A stretch of DNA of 3,438 nucleotides from Naegleria gruberi (lineage: Eukaryota), in assembly GCA_000004985.1 (NCBI GenBank), contig GG739227.1; one strand, written 5' to 3'. The position numbers and the translations under genes were made by a program. Every line of letters begins with the position of its first letter. Positions within the stretch are counted from its first letter, which is position 1. This document shows positions 1 to 3,438 of this stretch, one piece after another. Below the pieces are notes generated by a model. The model ran no database searches, had not been told where the DNA came from, and saw nothing but the letters and a program-made list of their open reading frames with translations.

Positions 1-420
1 GCCTGGTTTGTCCTTTAAACAAACAACGAGCTGATAGGTAAGAAACTCCTCTGCCTGGCCACTAGAAAAAGCAAACCTGAAAGGCCTTATGAAAACCTTG
101 TTAATTCACTTTCCCGCGCCCGAAGGCACCTGCTAGCGGTCGATTCCTAATCCCCCGAATATGTTGCCACACCCGAAAAACTAGGTTACAATAGCTAGGC
201 TTCAGCACAAATACTATTACCACCCCGAAGGGAACAAGTATTATCGCTGCAGTTAACGGTGGTATCCTTGTAAACTTTCCAGTGGCTAGGAGTATAACTG
301 TTATAATGAGCCTTCCACAGACTATCATTATACACGGCCGAAACCGCATATGATTGATCTTACATTTGCATGGCTTAGGCTTTGAGACAAGCATATAGTA
401 CTGGCAGGATCAACCAGGTA
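1..420 (-). rRNA. Small-subunit (18S-like) rRNA gene, 5' ~420 nt; mature 5' end at position 420, gene continues past window start
   Basis: The reverse complement of 401-420 is TACCTGGTTGATCCTGCCAG, the universal eukaryotic SSU 5' end. Downstream in rRNA sense come GCTTGTCTCAAAG, AAGCCATGCA, GGCTCATTATAACAGTTAT and a TTACCTATCAGC block, co-linear with conserved 18S helices. Many substitutions relative to typical 18S indicate a divergent lineage. The supplied ORF at 101-394(-) lies inside this region and is spurious. Confidence 0.9.
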
Positions 421-686
421 TCACTGGAGCAAAACGAGTTTTACCTTGTTTGCGCTCCGGTTGGATTTCAAGCGTTCGTTGGTTTGCACCACCTACTGGC
501 TATCCATCCGTTTGCCATTATGAACTCGATTTGAGCCTAAACGAATGAATCGTTTGGGTCTCTGAGGTATGGGGTTCCTCTTGCGAGGGTTTCCCGCTTA
601 ATGCGGGTAATCAATATTGAAAAACAGCTGGCTCGTCCCGGGTCAAGGGTTTCCCCTCGGTCCAGGCTTCGCTGGCTGTGGTGGTA

Positions 687-780
687 GGGCAGCCCAAAGG
701 GCTGCGGTGGTAGGCTGGTAGGATCTGGGCAGCCCAAAAGGCTGCGGTTTGGCTGTGGGCAGNCCAAAAGGCTGCGGTTG
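687..780. repeat. Three imperfect tandem copies of a ~23-nt motif GGGCAGCCCAAAAGGCTGCGGT (copies at 687-710, 727-750, 757-780), each with an internal perfect hairpin
   Basis: Read directly from the sequence. Copy 1 has GCAGCCC-AAA-GGGCTGC, a 7-bp stem with a 3-nt loop. Copies 2 and 3 have GCAGCC-CAAAA-GGCTGC, a 6-bp stem with a 5-nt loop; copy 3 carries an n at 763. Copy spacings are 40 and 30 nt, with GGTGGTAGGCTGGTAGG-type linkers. Confidence 0.7.
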
Positions 781-995
781 AGGTATCTGAATCGGCCCCA
801 GGGGCAGCGGTTGGGCCGGACGGTTGGGGGGCCCTCCTAGGCTCCCGGGTCACACACGCGGGAGGCTCCCTGGACAGCCCTGGGGTCAGGACTGGCAGCG
901 GGTTGGACCGTTGGCCGTGGGAATGGCCGTGGGTTCTGCCGGCTGGCTGTAGGGTGCCTCGACCGCACGCGTGGCCTGGGTGGGCCAGAGGGCGC

Positions 996-1030
996 GTGGC
1001 TGGTGGTTGGCTGGCTGGTGGGCTGGTTGG
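996..1030. repeat. G/T-rich simple tandem repeat (GGCTGGTKG)n running into the assembly gap; it resumes as ggnttggt at 2573-2580
   Basis: The sequence ctggtggttggctggctggtgggctggttgg is followed directly by the N-run. The first bases after the gap, ggnttggt, have the same composition and register. A related unit TGGCCGTGGG occurs twice at 912-921 and 924-933, and GGTGGTAGGCTGGTAGG lies at 707-723. Confidence 0.6.
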
Positions 1031-2572
1031 NNNNNNNNNNNNNNNNNNNNNNNNNNNNNNNNNNNNNNNNNNNNNNNNNNNNNNNNNNNNNNNNNNNNNN
1101 NNNNNNNNNNNNNNNNNNNNNNNNNNNNNNNNNNNNNNNNNNNNNNNNNNNNNNNNNNNNNNNNNNNNNNNNNNNNNNNNNNNNNNNNNNNNNNNNNNNN
1201 NNNNNNNNNNNNNNNNNNNNNNNNNNNNNNNNNNNNNNNNNNNNNNNNNNNNNNNNNNNNNNNNNNNNNNNNNNNNNNNNNNNNNNNNNNNNNNNNNNNN
1301 NNNNNNNNNNNNNNNNNNNNNNNNNNNNNNNNNNNNNNNNNNNNNNNNNNNNNNNNNNNNNNNNNNNNNNNNNNNNNNNNNNNNNNNNNNNNNNNNNNNN
1401 NNNNNNNNNNNNNNNNNNNNNNNNNNNNNNNNNNNNNNNNNNNNNNNNNNNNNNNNNNNNNNNNNNNNNNNNNNNNNNNNNNNNNNNNNNNNNNNNNNNN
1501 NNNNNNNNNNNNNNNNNNNNNNNNNNNNNNNNNNNNNNNNNNNNNNNNNNNNNNNNNNNNNNNNNNNNNNNNNNNNNNNNNNNNNNNNNNNNNNNNNNNN
1601 NNNNNNNNNNNNNNNNNNNNNNNNNNNNNNNNNNNNNNNNNNNNNNNNNNNNNNNNNNNNNNNNNNNNNNNNNNNNNNNNNNNNNNNNNNNNNNNNNNNN
1701 NNNNNNNNNNNNNNNNNNNNNNNNNNNNNNNNNNNNNNNNNNNNNNNNNNNNNNNNNNNNNNNNNNNNNNNNNNNNNNNNNNNNNNNNNNNNNNNNNNNN
1801 NNNNNNNNNNNNNNNNNNNNNNNNNNNNNNNNNNNNNNNNNNNNNNNNNNNNNNNNNNNNNNNNNNNNNNNNNNNNNNNNNNNNNNNNNNNNNNNNNNNN
1901 NNNNNNNNNNNNNNNNNNNNNNNNNNNNNNNNNNNNNNNNNNNNNNNNNNNNNNNNNNNNNNNNNNNNNNNNNNNNNNNNNNNNNNNNNNNNNNNNNNNN
2001 NNNNNNNNNNNNNNNNNNNNNNNNNNNNNNNNNNNNNNNNNNNNNNNNNNNNNNNNNNNNNNNNNNNNNNNNNNNNNNNNNNNNNNNNNNNNNNNNNNNN
2101 NNNNNNNNNNNNNNNNNNNNNNNNNNNNNNNNNNNNNNNNNNNNNNNNNNNNNNNNNNNNNNNNNNNNNNNNNNNNNNNNNNNNNNNNNNNNNNNNNNNN
2201 NNNNNNNNNNNNNNNNNNNNNNNNNNNNNNNNNNNNNNNNNNNNNNNNNNNNNNNNNNNNNNNNNNNNNNNNNNNNNNNNNNNNNNNNNNNNNNNNNNNN
2301 NNNNNNNNNNNNNNNNNNNNNNNNNNNNNNNNNNNNNNNNNNNNNNNNNNNNNNNNNNNNNNNNNNNNNNNNNNNNNNNNNNNNNNNNNNNNNNNNNNNN
2401 NNNNNNNNNNNNNNNNNNNNNNNNNNNNNNNNNNNNNNNNNNNNNNNNNNNNNNNNNNNNNNNNNNNNNNNNNNNNNNNNNNNNNNNNNNNNNNNNNNNN
2501 NNNNNNNNNNNNNNNNNNNNNNNNNNNNNNNNNNNNNNNNNNNNNNNNNNNNNNNNNNNNNNNNNNNNNNNN
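1031..2572. other. Assembly gap (1,542 consecutive N); isolated n also at 763, 2575 and 2738
   Basis: Uninterrupted run of n. Every supplied ORF longer than 500 aa is translated through this run (poly-X) and is an artefact. Confidence 0.99.
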
Positions 2573-2592
2573 GGNTTGGTCCATTGAAACCA

Positions 2593-2613
2593 TTTTTCTT
2601 TTTTTCTTTTTTT
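2593..2613. repeat. Polypyrimidine tract TTTTTC TTTTTTTC TTTTTTT immediately after the gap (polypurine on the rRNA-sense strand)
   Basis: Read directly: tttttctttttttcttttttt. Confidence 0.7.
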
Positions 2614-3386
2614 CGGGATTTTTCAAAGGGCCCGAACAATAGAAAATATTTTTTTTCTATTATCATAAAAATGAGGTCCGACAGTATATCACTCCATTAT
2701 TTCTGAAGTCCGACTTTTGAAAAACATGGTCGGGGGNTGGATACCGTTTTTGTTTAGGGGGGGTAACGACTAACCACAATTCAATCCGCTTGTAGACTGA
2801 TATTTAAAAAGGTCGATTGTGATTTTCTGCTGAAAGTCGATTTTGGAGGGTCTCCCAGGGCCCTACCTGGGGGGGTCCTGGATATGACCATAGACCTCCC
2901 CTACAGCATAGGTTTTTTTGACGTTTCTCAGAAAATTACGTGCACACCTTTCGGACCCACCGTTAGCTTTTAAGTTAATATATGGTACATAGCTGTATAT
3001 GTTATTCGATGCGATATCCAACCTTTTCAAAAGGGGGGGAGAAAGGTCTACCGTGGAGCCAGCTCAGAAATTTTTTTTTCGGGCGAATATGGACGTATCT
3101 ATGATACAATGGATTCATATGTTATATGTCTCATAATCGCTTTTGGCTAATTCGATGCCCGACTAGTGCGACAATCCGATATTTTTTTTTTTGTGCAACC
3201 GATGTTACCGTTTACTATATAATTTCTAGTAAGGTATGTTTTACACCATCGCTTAATCAAATAGACAATGTAGGGTTTTTTAGGAACTCTTGGTTTGAGA
3301 TTCTTTAATATCCAGTATAAGTCACACCGAAGTAATGTAGATATTATGTTGTTTTCGCTCGGGGTCCATTCTCGATTTTACCAGCG

Positions 3387-3413
3387 AAAAAAAAAATCGA
3401 AAAAAAATTTTTT
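3387..3413. repeat. Homopolymer block A10-TCG-A8-T6; the A8T6 core is a near-palindromic A/T tract
   Basis: Read directly: aaaaaaaaaa tcg aaaaaaaa tttttt. Confidence 0.6.
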
Positions 3414-3438
3414 ACTTTTTGGACCTTTTTTGAAAAAC

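Larger units (their letters stand above)
421..1030 (-). other. 5' external transcribed spacer (5' ETS) of the rDNA unit; upstream limit unknown because it is cut by the gap
   Basis: Lies immediately upstream, in rRNA sense, of the mature 18S 5' end. It is GC-rich, non-coding, and full of short inverted repeats and G/T-rich subrepeats, which is typical of ETS. Composition shifts sharply to AT-rich on the far side of the gap. Confidence 0.6.
2573..3438. other. AT-rich non-coding rDNA intergenic spacer (IGS) upstream of the ETS, with dispersed short repeats and homopolymer tracts
   Basis: Sits upstream of the 18S/ETS in the transcription direction. There is no ORF longer than 60 aa. Many T/A runs of 9-11 nt and G7 runs are present. 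Recurrent short motifs are listed under findings. Confidence 0.6.

Noticed and set aside
101-394. 97-aa ORF on the minus strand
   Set aside because: It lies entirely inside the 18S rRNA sequence, so it is an rRNA gene and not coding.
537-767. 76-aa ORF on the minus strand
   Set aside because: It lies within the GC-rich 5' ETS and contains an X from n at 763. GC-rich sequence yields open frames by chance, and nothing supports a protein.
687-780. CRISPR-like array (palindromic repeats with short spacers)
   Set aside because: The repeats are about 23 nt with 7-17 nt linkers, which is far too short for spacers. The context is a eukaryotic rDNA ETS and there are no cas genes. It is a spacer subrepeat.
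611-2706. Five very long ORFs on both strands (611-2626-, 837-2666-, 903-2642+, 971-2587+, 1003-2706+; 538-671 aa) in the supplied track
   Set aside because: All of them are translated through the 1,542-N gap, so the protein is mostly X. The short real flanks are GC-rich ETS or simple repeat with no start context and no codon structure. They are artefacts of translating Ns.
2751-2763. Telomere-like TTTAGGG(GGGG)
   Set aside because: It is a single occurrence inside one of the G7 runs, not tandem.
2846-2920. 5S rRNA gene embedded in the IGS, as in yeast
   Set aside because: Only two short 5S-like strings are present, and their order and spacing do not match a 5S gene on either strand. The A-box and C-box region and the length of about 120 nt are absent.
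3126-3308. 60-aa ORF on the plus strand in the AT-rich spacer
   Set aside because: It is short, has low complexity (F/I/Y-rich from AT-rich DNA), and lies in rDNA IGS antisense to the rRNA direction. There are no supporting signals.

Overview
This window is a piece of a eukaryotic nuclear rDNA repeat, read on the minus strand. Bases 420->1 (reverse complement) begin with the universal SSU rRNA 5' end TACCTGGTTGATCCTGCCAG and continue as a recognisable but strongly divergent 18S-like sequence that runs off the left edge. To the right, which is upstream in rRNA sense, lies a GC-rich 5' external transcribed spacer (421-1030). It carries small hairpin subrepeats and ends in a GGCTGGTKG simple-repeat array that runs directly into a 1,542-nt assembly gap (1031-2572). 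After the gap comes 865 bp of AT-rich non-coding intergenic spacer with homopolymer runs and short recurring motifs. I cannot support any protein-coding gene: every large ORF in the supplied track is translated through the N-gap or lies inside the rRNA or spacer. I find no evidence for a prokaryote-style 'system' here. The most useful leads are the architecture of the rDNA spacer (repeats, candidate Pol I signals) and the unusual divergence of the SSU rRNA. Lineage, promoter and terminator assignments need alignment tools I cannot run.
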